Below, in pieces: positions 55,235-62,864 of a stretch of DNA of 64,000 bases. Source of the stretch: Alphaproteobacteria bacterium. Lineage in GTDB: Bacteria > Pseudomonadota > Alphaproteobacteria > Rhodobacterales > Rhodobacteraceae. Position 1 is the first letter of the stretch. The number at the start of each line of letters is the position of its first letter. A program made the position numbers and the translations under genes. The DNA is taken from NCBI GenBank assembly GCA_030424645.1, contig JAUHWP010000002.1, positions 4,741-68,740 of the forward strand, in the 5' to 3' direction. Under the pieces are notes generated by a model. That model did no database searches, was not told the DNA's origin, and worked only from the letters and a program-made list of their open reading frames with translations.

Positions 55235-56494
55235 ATGACCACCACCTTCACCAATGCCCGCCTGATCGACCCCGAAGCCGGGACGGACCAGATTGGCAGC
55301 CTGACCATCGAAGACGGGCTGATCATCGGTCTTAACGCGGGTGAAACGGGCGAAATCATCGACTGTGGCGGCAAATGCCTTGCCCCCGGCATCGTCGATA
55401 TCGGGGTGAAGATCGGCGAACCCGGTGAACGTCACAAGGAAAGCTTCCGAACCGCCGGTCTGGCGGCTGCGGCGGGTGGGGTCACGACGATGGTGATCCG
55501 CCCGGACACCACGCCAGCCGTGGACACCCCTGAAACGCTGGCCTTCGTCGCACGTCGTGCAAGCCAGGTCGCCCCGGTCAATGTGCAGTCCATGGCGGCG
55601 CTGACCAAGGGGCGTGACGGGCGCGAGATGGTCGAGATGGGGTTCATGCTGGATGCGGGCGCCGTGGCCTTCACCGATTGCGATCATGTTGTCACCGATA
55701 ACAAGGTCTATTCCCGCGCCATGACCTATGCGCGCAGTCTGGGCGCGTTGATCATCGGCCACCCGCAGGACCCGAACATGTCGAAAGGGGCGGCCGTGAC
55801 CTCGGGCAAGTTCGCATCCTTGCGCGGCTTGCCTGCGGTCAGTCCGATGGCCGAACGGATGGGGCTGGAACGCGATCTGGCTTTGGTCGAGATGACCGGC
55901 GTCGCCTATCACGCCGACAGCCTGTCCACCGCGCTGTCCCTGCCGGCGCTGGAACGGGCCAAAGCGGCCGGGCTGAACGTCACCGCTGGCGTGAATATCC
56001 ACCACCTGACGCTGAACGAGTTGGACGTGGGCGACTATCGCACCTTCTTCAAGGTCAAGCCGCCGCTTCGGTCGGAAGATGACCGGCTGGCGATGGCGGA
56101 AGCGGTGGCGCGCGGCGTGATCGACATCATTTCATCCATGCACACACCGCAGGACGAAGAAAGCAAACGCCTGCCGTTCGAGGAAGCCGCGTCCGGCGCC
56201 GTTGCCCTTGAAACCCTGCTGCCTGCCGCGATGCGACTGGTCCATGCCGGGTTGATCGACCTGCCGGTGCTGTGGCGGGCGCTGTCCTTGAACCCGGCCC
56301 GACGTTTTGGCTTGCCGGGTGGCGAGCTGACCGTCGGTGCCCCTGCCGATCTGGTTCTGTTCGATCCCGATGCGCCGTTCGTGCTGGACCGGTTCAAGCT
56401 GAACTCGAAATCCAAGAACACGCCCTTTGATGGCGCCCGGATGGAAGGGCGCGTGCTGGGCACATGGGTCGGTGGCGAGCGGGTGTTCGGGTAA
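55235..56494 (+). CDS. dihydroorotase-like protein (PyrC'-type, probably non-catalytic)
   Basis: 419-aa amidohydrolase fold adjacent to pyrB. The canonical PGxIDxHVH metal motif reads PGIVDIGVK (both His absent), and the DHAPH-type block reads SMHTPQ. Confidence 0.8.
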   Translation: MTTTFTNARLIDPEAGTDQIGSLTIEDGLIIGLNAGETGEIIDCGGKCLAPGIVDIGVKIGEPGERHKESFRTAGLAAAAGGVTTMVIRPDTTPAVDTPETLAFVARRASQVAPVNVQSMAALTKGRDGREMVEMGFMLDAGAVAFTDCDHVVTDNKVYSRAMTYARSLGALIIGHPQDPNMSKGAAVTSGKFASLRGLPAVSPMAERMGLERDLALVEMTGVAYHADSLSTALSLPALERAKAAGLNVTAGVNIHHLTLNELDVGDYRTFFKVKPPLRSEDDRLAMAEAVARGVIDIISSMHTPQDEESKRLPFEEAASGAVALETLLPAAMRLVHAGLIDLPVLWRALSLNPARRFGLPGGELTVGAPADLVLFDPDAPFVLDRFKLNSKSKNTPFDGARMEGRVLGTWVGGERVFG

Positions 56495-56495
56495 G

Positions 56496-56963
56496 ATGAT
56501 CCGCCCGGCGCGCCCAGACGACCTTGGCCCGATGAACGCCATGATCCTGCGGGCCAAGGCGCATTGGGGCTATGACGCTGCGTTCATGGCGGCGGTCGCG
56601 GACGAGCTGACCATCACGGCCGATGCGCTTGGGCCGGATCTGGTTGTCTGGCACGATCAATCCCCCGTTGGCATGGCGCGGGTCGTCGTGCAGGGCAGGA
56701 CCGCCTGGTTGGAAGAATTGTTTGTCGATCCCGCCGCGATGGGGCAGGGCATCGGCGCGAAGCTGTTTGCCTGGGCCGCCGACCGTGCCCGACAGCAGGG
56801 TGCGCAGGTGTTGCAGGTCGACAGCGACCCCTTTGCCCTGCCGTTCTATCTGCGCATGGGGGCGGTTCAGGTTGGACAGGCGCCGTCCGGCTCGATCCCC
56901 GGTCGGATGCTGCCGCGTCTCGACTATGACCTTGACGGGCATGGCCCCGGCCCGCAAAGCTGA
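56496..56963 (+). CDS. GNAT family N-acetyltransferase
   Basis: MIRPARPDDL... start and acetyl-CoA motif MGQGIGAKLFAWAADRARQQG. ATG 2 nt after the pyrC' stop. Confidence 0.75.
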   Translation: MIRPARPDDLGPMNAMILRAKAHWGYDAAFMAAVADELTITADALGPDLVVWHDQSPVGMARVVVQGRTAWLEELFVDPAAMGQGIGAKLFAWAADRARQQGAQVLQVDSDPFALPFYLRMGAVQVGQAPSGSIPGRMLPRLDYDLDGHGPGPQS

Positions 56964-56975
56964 GGCCAAAAAGGG

Positions 56976-57590
56976 ATGTTCATGCCAGACATTACATCGG
57001 CCCCATTGGCCCTGATCCTTGTCGCGGTCGCGGGCTATCTGCTGGGGTCTGTTCCCTTCGGTATCGTCATGGCGCGGCTGTTCGGCCTGGGCGATCTGCG
57101 CCGGATCGGATCGGGCAATATCGGCGCCACCAACGTGCTGCGCACCGGCAACAAGCCTGCCGCCCTGCTGACCTTGCTGGGCGATGCGGGCAAAGGCGCG
57201 GCGGCGGTGCTGCTGGCGCGCGCGGTGGTGGGGGAAGATGCGGCCCAACTGGCGGGTTTCGCGGCCTTTCTGGGTCATTGTTTCCCTGTTTTCCTGGGTT
57301 TCAAAGGTGGCAAGGGGGTCGCCACATGGCTGGGAACGATGCTGGCGCTGGCCTGGCCCATCGGGCTGGCGGCCTGTGTCACCTGGCTTGCGGTCGCGGT
57401 GCTTTTCCGCATCTCGTCCCTGGCGGCGTTGGCGGCAGCGGCCCTGTCGCCCATCTGGGCGTTGTTGCTGGGCTATCCGGGCTATGTGGTCCTGTCTGTC
57501 GGGCTTGCGCTGTTGATTTTCCTGCGTCATCGCGCAAACATTGAGCGACTGATTGCCGGGAACGAACCCCGCATCGGTGGCAAGACATAA
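56976..57590 (+). CDS. plsY: glycerol-3-phosphate acyltransferase PlsY
   Basis: YLLGSVPFG...GSGNIGATNVLRTG...FKGGKGVAT motifs. The ATG at 56982 is an equally plausible start. Confidence 0.9.
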   Translation: MFMPDITSAPLALILVAVAGYLLGSVPFGIVMARLFGLGDLRRIGSGNIGATNVLRTGNKPAALLTLLGDAGKGAAAVLLARAVVGEDAAQLAGFAAFLGHCFPVFLGFKGGKGVATWLGTMLALAWPIGLAACVTWLAVAVLFRISSLAALAAAALSPIWALLLGYPGYVVLSVGLALLIFLRHRANIERLIAGNEPRIGGKT

Positions 57591-57609
57591 CCTGAACAGG
57601 GGACAGATC

Positions 57610-58080
57610 ATGAGCTTTATGGAGTCAATTCGGGCGTGTTTTTCGAAATACGTCACCTTTCAGGGCCGCGCCCAGCGGTCGGAATTCTGGTGGTTCGTGC
57701 TGTTCGTGTTCGTTGGGCAACTGGTCCTTGGCATGATCGACAGCGCCCTGTTCGGAACCGTGACCACCATGGAAGGTGGGTTCGAGGCGCAAACGGACAC
57801 GCCGATCCTGTCCGGCCTGTTTGGCCTTGCGACCTTGTTGCCGGTGATCTCGGTCTCGGTGCGCCGTTTGCACGACACGGACCGCAGCGGCTGGTGGTAT
57901 TGGCTGGCGCTGATCCCGCTGATCGGCATCATCATCCTGATCGTCTGGTATGCCAGCAAAGGCACAAACGGTGCCAACAAATACGGCACCGACCCGCTGG
58001 GCGGTGGGGGCGGTTACAACGACCCGGATGGCGGAACCTATGCCGCGTCGTCGATCCCGCGCACGGGCGATCAGGGTTAA
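57610..58080 (+). CDS. DUF805 family inner-membrane protein
   Basis: GRAQRSEFWWFVLF and VRRLHDTDRSGWWYWL signatures. Gly-rich C-terminal tail. Confidence 0.8.
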   Translation: MSFMESIRACFSKYVTFQGRAQRSEFWWFVLFVFVGQLVLGMIDSALFGTVTTMEGGFEAQTDTPILSGLFGLATLLPVISVSVRRLHDTDRSGWWYWLALIPLIGIIILIVWYASKGTNGANKYGTDPLGGGGGYNDPDGGTYAASSIPRTGDQG

Positions 58081-58331
58081 TCCACGCGAAATACCTTATC
58101 CCGCGATGTCGCGCCTTGTGTCAGAACAAGGCGCGATTTCGCGATGCCCAACGCCTGTGCCAGCAGCTTGATCACGGCTTTCGTGGCCTTGCCGTCTTCG
58201 GGCACTGTCGTCACCGAAACACGCAACTGCCCGTCGCGTTCTTCAACCTGATTGCGCGCGGCCTTGGGCGTGACGCGCACCGACAACACCGCGCCGGAAC
58301 GGGCCAGATGGGACAGTTCACCTTTCTTCAT
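58077..58331 (-). CDS. DUF167 (YggU) family protein
   Basis: 84 aa. LSVRVTPKAARNQV...LRVSVTTVPEDGKATKAVIKLLAQALGIAKSRLVLTQGATSRDKVFRV is the classic YggU pattern. Confidence 0.8.
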   Translation of the reverse strand: MKKGELSHLARSGAVLSVRVTPKAARNQVEERDGQLRVSVTTVPEDGKATKAVIKLLAQALGIAKSRLVLTQGATSRDKVFRVD

Positions 58332-58405
58332 GGCGTCATCCTGTCGGGCAGGGGTGGACGGCGCAAGGCCTCTGGGTCACTCTGCACGGGATAAGGGAGG
58401 CTGAC

Positions 58406-59518
58406 ATGAAGAAAACCGGCTTTTTCTGGGACGAAAAGTGTTTCTGGCATTCGGGCGGCAATTATGCGGGCAACCTGCCGGTGGGCGGGCTGGTGCAGCC
58501 CCTGGCAGCCGGTGGCCTGCCGGAAAATCCCGAAACGAAGCGGCGTCTGAAGAACCTCATGGATGTCACCGGCCTGACCCGCGCGCTTCAGGCCCGGACC
58601 GCGCCAGAAGCCACCCGCGAGATGTTGGCGCGCGTGCATCCAACCGCGTTTCTGGACGATTTCAAGCGTGTATCCGATGCGGGCGGCGGCGAGCTTGGTT
58701 TGCGAACGCCCTTCGGGCAGGGCGGCTATGAGATCGCGGCCCTGTCCGCCGGGCTGTCCGTCGCCGCGCTTGAGGCCGTTCTGAAAGGCGAGCTGGACAA
58801 TGCCTATGCCCTGTCGCGCCCGCCCGGTCATCACTGTCTGCCCGACTATCCCAACGGGTTTTGCCTTCTGGCCAATCTGGCAATTGCGATCCGCCATGCG
58901 CAGGTGCAAAAACTGGCAAAGCGGTTCGTGGTTCTGGACTGGGATGTGCATCACGGCAACGGAACCGAAGCGATCTTCATCGACGACCCGGATGTGCTGA
59001 CGATTTCGCTGCATCAGGAGCGGAACTATCCGGTCGATACGGGTGATGCAGATGTGCGCGGCGACGGGGCCGGGCAGGGGGCGAACATGAACATCCCTTT
59101 GCCGGCAGGCGCGGGGCATGCCACCTATCTTGAAGCGATGGAGCGGCTGGTGGTGCCTGCGATCCGCGCCCACGAACCCGAGGTGATCGTGATCGCCTGC
59201 GGCTATGACGCGGCGCTGATCGACCCGCTGGCCTGCATGCTTGCCACCGCCGATACGTTTCGCCAGATGACCCGCATCGTCACAGGGCTGGCAGATGAAT
59301 TGTGCAACGGGCGTTTGATGATGGCGCATGAAGGCGGGTATTCCGAAGTCTATGTGCCCTTCTGCGGTCACGCGGTGCTGGAAGAGATGTCGGGGGCCGG
59401 TATTCACGCCCCCGATCCGCTGGCCGAGATTTTCGCAGCGCGCCAGCCAAACAAGCGTATGGTGGGTGTCTATTCCGATCTGATTGCCGAGTTGCAGGAT
59501 TATTTTGATGTTAAGTGA
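58406..59518 (+). CDS. histone deacetylase-like amidohydrolase (class II HDAC/acetylpolyamine amidohydrolase family)
   Basis: RPPGHHC, DWDVHHGNGT and EGGY motifs. AAGGGAGG SD. Confidence 0.85.
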   Translation: MKKTGFFWDEKCFWHSGGNYAGNLPVGGLVQPLAAGGLPENPETKRRLKNLMDVTGLTRALQARTAPEATREMLARVHPTAFLDDFKRVSDAGGGELGLRTPFGQGGYEIAALSAGLSVAALEAVLKGELDNAYALSRPPGHHCLPDYPNGFCLLANLAIAIRHAQVQKLAKRFVVLDWDVHHGNGTEAIFIDDPDVLTISLHQERNYPVDTGDADVRGDGAGQGANMNIPLPAGAGHATYLEAMERLVVPAIRAHEPEVIVIACGYDAALIDPLACMLATADTFRQMTRIVTGLADELCNGRLMMAHEGGYSEVYVPFCGHAVLEEMSGAGIHAPDPLAEIFAARQPNKRMVGVYSDLIAELQDYFDVK

Positions 59519-59617
59519 TGTAACATCTTGACGCGGACGGCCCGACACCCGACATGTGCATGACGCCAGCCGCCCCGTGCGGCCAAGCCTGAATTTTGCC
59601 AGACCAGGGACAAAACC

Positions 59618-60196
59618 ATGCCTGACCGCAACCAAGCTGCGCTTGATTTCCTGCTGACCCGCCGGTCGCGCCCGGCCAAGACGCTGACCGGACCGGCCCC
59701 GGATCGCGACGCGCTGACGCCGATCCTGACCGCCGCGGCGCGTAGCCCGGATCATGGCAAGCTGGAACCGTGGCGGTTCATCGTGTTGGAGCGTGGCGCG
59801 CTGGACCGATTGGCAGCCCTGGTTGGCATGCGGGGTGAGGCGTTGAATGAACCACCCGAACAGATCGCCAAGGCGCATTCCGCTTTTGCCGACAGCCCCT
59901 TGGCCGTGGTGGTGGTGTCGTCGCCTGTCGCCTCGCCCAAGGTGCCGGAAATCGAACAGCTCTATTCGGCAGGTGCGGTGTGTCTTGCACTTCTGAACGC
60001 CGCGCTGGCGTCAGGCTGGGGGGCGAACTGGTTGACCGGCTGGGCGAGCCACGACCGGCAGTTCATGCGCGCGGGATTGGGGCTGAAGGACCATGAAACC
60101 ATTGCCGGGATCATCCATATCGGGACCGAGAAGAATGCCCCGCCCGAACGGCCCCGCCCCGATCTTGCTGCGATCACGACATGGGTGGACACCTGA
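59618..60196 (+). CDS. nitroreductase family protein
   Basis: LLTRRSRPAK...PDHGKLEPWRF N-terminal pattern and a C-terminal G(I/L)IHIG block typical of small nitroreductases. Confidence 0.75.
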   Translation: MPDRNQAALDFLLTRRSRPAKTLTGPAPDRDALTPILTAAARSPDHGKLEPWRFIVLERGALDRLAALVGMRGEALNEPPEQIAKAHSAFADSPLAVVVVSSPVASPKVPEIEQLYSAGAVCLALLNAALASGWGANWLTGWASHDRQFMRAGLGLKDHETIAGIIHIGTEKNAPPERPRPDLAAITTWVDT

Positions 60197-60882
60197 TGCT
60201 TGACGATTTCTTCCGCTCGGTTGCGCAGATGACCGACCCGCGCTTTCGCAACGTGCTGATGAAAGGGCTGGCCCTGACTGTGGCGCTTCTGATTGCTGTG
60301 ACGGTCGCGATGACATGGCTGGTCGGCTTTCTGGTGCCCGACACCTTGTCGCTTCCGTTCATTGGCGACGTGTCATGGGTCGATGGCATCGCGTGGTGGG
60401 CGTCGCTTTTGTTGATGATCGTCCTGTCGGTCGTGCTGATGGTGCCGGTTGCAGGTGCGTTCACGGGTATTTTTCTGGATGATGTGGCCGACGCGGTCGA
60501 GGCCCGGCATTATCCCGACCTTCCCCCCGCGCCCGATGTGCCGATGATCGAAACCGTGCGTGACAGCCTTGGTTTTTTCGGTGTCATCGTCGGCGTCAAC
60601 CTGATCGCCCTGATCCTGTTCTTCTTCGTCGGTCCGCTGGCGCCGATCCTGTTCTGGGTGGTGAACGGGTATCTTCTGGGGCGCGAGTATTTCCAGCTTG
60701 CCGCCATGCGCCGTGTGGGCCGGGTGGAAGCCAATCGTCTGCGGTTGCGTAACAACCTGCAAATCTGGCTGGCGGGAACGCTGATGGCAATTCCCTTGTC
60801 GGTGCCGCTGGTCAATCTGCTGATCCCCGTTCTGGGGGCGGCGACCTTTACCCATCTGTTCCACCGCGTCGCACGCCGCTAG
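60196..60882 (+). CDS. EI24/CysZ-like membrane protein (sulfate-transporter-family annotation type)
   Basis: 228 aa, 4-5 TM helices, motif ...FWVVNGYLLGREYF.... The ATG at 60196 overlaps the nitroreductase stop (TGATG). Confidence 0.6.
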   Translation: MLDDFFRSVAQMTDPRFRNVLMKGLALTVALLIAVTVAMTWLVGFLVPDTLSLPFIGDVSWVDGIAWWASLLLMIVLSVVLMVPVAGAFTGIFLDDVADAVEARHYPDLPPAPDVPMIETVRDSLGFFGVIVGVNLIALILFFFVGPLAPILFWVVNGYLLGREYFQLAAMRRVGRVEANRLRLRNNLQIWLAGTLMAIPLSVPLVNLLIPVLGAATFTHLFHRVARR

Positions 60883-60916
60883 ACGTTAGCAATCAGGAAA
60901 AAAGATTGGGCCGGGG

Positions 60917-60943
60917 TGATCCGGGTTCGACCATGCCTCGTAT
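60917..60943 (+). promoter_or_regulatory. candidate ECF (RpoE/ChrR-type) autoregulatory promoter
   Basis: TGATCC (60917-60922), 16 nt, CGTAT (60939-60943). This matches my recollection of the RpoE-ChrR group (ECF11) promoter pattern TGATCC-N16-CGTA, directly upstream of the sigma gene. Confidence 0.4.
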
Positions 60944-61025
60944 TGAGGTTATGCTGACTTTGAATTCAGAGCCTACGAGCACCCGGCCCCCTGCGCCACC
61001 TGTGCGTCGTTTCGAAGGAAAACCG

Positions 61026-61586
61026 GTGCCGGAGACCAAGACCGAGATTTCAGAGCAGACGGTTTGGATGCTTGCCGTTCGCGACAGAAAGGACCGCGAA
61101 GCGTTCGGCGCCTTGTTCGACCATTTCGCGCCGCGTCTGAAGGGGTTTATCATGCGGACCGGCTGTTCCGGCGCGCAGGCGGAAGAGATCGTGCAGGACG
61201 TGATGCTGACCGTATGGCGCAAGGCGTCGATGTTCGATCCGCACCGCGCGCAGGTGTCGGCGTGGATTTACCAGATTGCCCGCAACCGGCATATCGACAT
61301 CATACGCAAGGAAAGCCGCCCGGTGCCGGAAGAGCTGGCCGAAGATCCGGACGCAGAGCCGGATGCCAGCCAGATTCTGGCCGTCGAGCAAGAGGCGGGA
61401 AAACTGAAAGACGCCCTGTCCTCGTTGCGACCCGAGCAGCGCGAGATGATTGAAAAGGCCTATCTGGGCGAACTGACCCATCAGGAGATCAGCACCCAGA
61501 CCGGTCTGCCACTGGGCACGATAAAATCCCGCATCCGGCTTGGGTTGGAGCGGTTGAGACACGAATTGAAGGGACTGCGCGAATGA
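61026..61586 (+). CDS. rpoE: ECF RNA polymerase sigma factor (RpoE of the RpoE-ChrR pair)
   Basis: Region 2 (QDVMLTVWRKASMFDP...WIYQIARNRHIDIIR) and region 4 (LTHQEISTQTGLPLGTIKSRIRLGLERL). The stop overlaps the chrR start (ATGA). The start is uncertain: GTG at 61026 (GAAGGA SD 6 nt upstream) is preferred; alternatives are GTG 61002, ATG 60951 and ATG 60933. Confidence 0.8.
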   Translation: MPETKTEISEQTVWMLAVRDRKDREAFGALFDHFAPRLKGFIMRTGCSGAQAEEIVQDVMLTVWRKASMFDPHRAQVSAWIYQIARNRHIDIIRKESRPVPEELAEDPDAEPDASQILAVEQEAGKLKDALSSLRPEQREMIEKAYLGELTHQEISTQTGLPLGTIKSRIRLGLERLRHELKGLRE

Positions 61587-62218
61587 CCGCAATCACCCAT
61601 CATATCCCCGATGCCATGCTGGCGGCTTATGCGGCGGGCAATCTGCCGCATCACTTTGCCGTGGCCGTTGCCAGCCATGTGTCCCTGTGCGCGCATTGTC
61701 GTGCCGCGCTTGAGGCGCATCAGGCCATGGGGGGCGCGCTCTTGGAGGCGAGCGGAAGCGTCGCCGTGTCGGGGTCGATGAAAGCCGACCTTCTGGCCCA
61801 ACTTGATGCACCTGCGACGCCGGAGCCGGATTATACCCGTCGCGGTATTTATCCCGGTCCGGTGGTTGCGGCTTTGAAGGGGCAAGACCCCAAATGGAAA
61901 ACCCTGGGCATGGGGGTGCGCCAGTCGATCCTGTCGCAGGACCGGAACGGATCGGTGCGCCTGCTTTACATTCCCGGCGGGCAGGCCGTTCCGGACCATG
62001 GCCATAACGGGCTTGAGATGACCTTGGTGCTGCAAGGCAGTTTCAGTGACGACACCGGGCGGTTCGGTGTCGGCGATATCGAGATCGCGAACCAAGACCT
62101 TGAACATACGCCGATTGCAGACCCCGGTGACGCCTGCATCTGTCTGGCCGCCACCGACGCGCCGTTGCGCTTCAATGCTTTTATTCCGCGTTTGTTGCAG
62201 CCCCTGTTTCGGATTTAG
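61583..62218 (+). CDS. chrR: anti-sigma factor ChrR (zinc anti-sigma domain + cupin)
   Basis: N-terminal HxxxCxxC (HVSLCAHCRA) and a C-terminal cupin with HGHNGLEMTLVLQG. Translationally coupled to rpoE. Confidence 0.85.
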   Translation: MTAITHHIPDAMLAAYAAGNLPHHFAVAVASHVSLCAHCRAALEAHQAMGGALLEASGSVAVSGSMKADLLAQLDAPATPEPDYTRRGIYPGPVVAALKGQDPKWKTLGMGVRQSILSQDRNGSVRLLYIPGGQAVPDHGHNGLEMTLVLQGSFSDDTGRFGVGDIEIANQDLEHTPIADPGDACICLAATDAPLRFNAFIPRLLQPLFRI

Positions 62219-62277
62219 GTCGCGCCCCGCGATATTACCGGCCCGGTGGATCGTGCAGGCATTGCCGTGTGCGCCTG

Positions 62278-62736
62278 TCACACCGGAACGGGCGAGTGTT
62301 TCTTGATGTCGCGCAACACCACGTTGGTCTGCGCGCTTTCCACTGCCGTCTGTTTGAACAGGAACCCTTCCAGAAACGTGTTGTAGGCCGCCAGGTCACG
62401 GCACAGCACCCGCAGGTGATAATCTGACTGCCCGGTTGTTGCGAAGCATTCCACCACATCCGGCCGACGGTTGACCGCGTGAATGAACTCTTCGACCTTG
62501 TCGGGGTCGTGGCGGGTCAGCTGCACATGAACGATGGCTTGAAAACCCAGCCCGGCCCTGACGGGGTTCAGATAGGCGCCATAGCGTTCGATGATTTTCG
62601 CTTCCTCCAACGCGCGCACCTTGCGCCAGCAGGCCGAGGTCGACATGCCCACCGCATTGGCAAGATCAGCGTTCGAGATCGTGCTGTCCCGTTGCAGCAG
62701 GTCCAGAATGCGCCGATCTTTGCTGTCCAGCTTCAT
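62278..62736 (-). CDS. Lrp/AsnC family transcriptional regulator
   Basis: MKLDSKDRRILDLLQRDSTISNADLANAVGMSTSACWRKVRALEE HTH plus an RAM/ACT-like C-terminal domain. Start moved to the ATG at 62736. Confidence 0.9.
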   Translation of the reverse strand: MKLDSKDRRILDLLQRDSTISNADLANAVGMSTSACWRKVRALEEAKIIERYGAYLNPVRAGLGFQAIVHVQLTRHDPDKVEEFIHAVNRRPDVVECFATTGQSDYHLRVLCRDLAAYNTFLEGFLFKQTAVESAQTNVVLRDIKKHSPVPV

Positions 62737-62864
62737 GGTAAGAATAACCTTTGTTGGGCTTGTAAGTGGTATGGATATCCAAATATCGTATCTGGGGCGG
62801 CGTTGAAAGGTATGAAGCACCAAGCCGGATGAAATATCTTGGTGGTGAAGCTTTGGAGCCAGCC

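Noticed and set aside
53784-57656. Long minus-strand ORFs (362, 324 and 420 aa) across pyrB, pyrC', GNAT and plsY.
   Set aside because: Each is antisense to a gene with clear family motifs. They have no SDs and an Arg/Gly/His-rich composition.
58328-59878. 516-aa minus-strand ORF.
   Set aside because: It is antisense to the HDAC-like gene (RPPGHH, DWDVHHGNG motifs on the plus strand) and to the nitroreductase 5' end. It is a shadow ORF.
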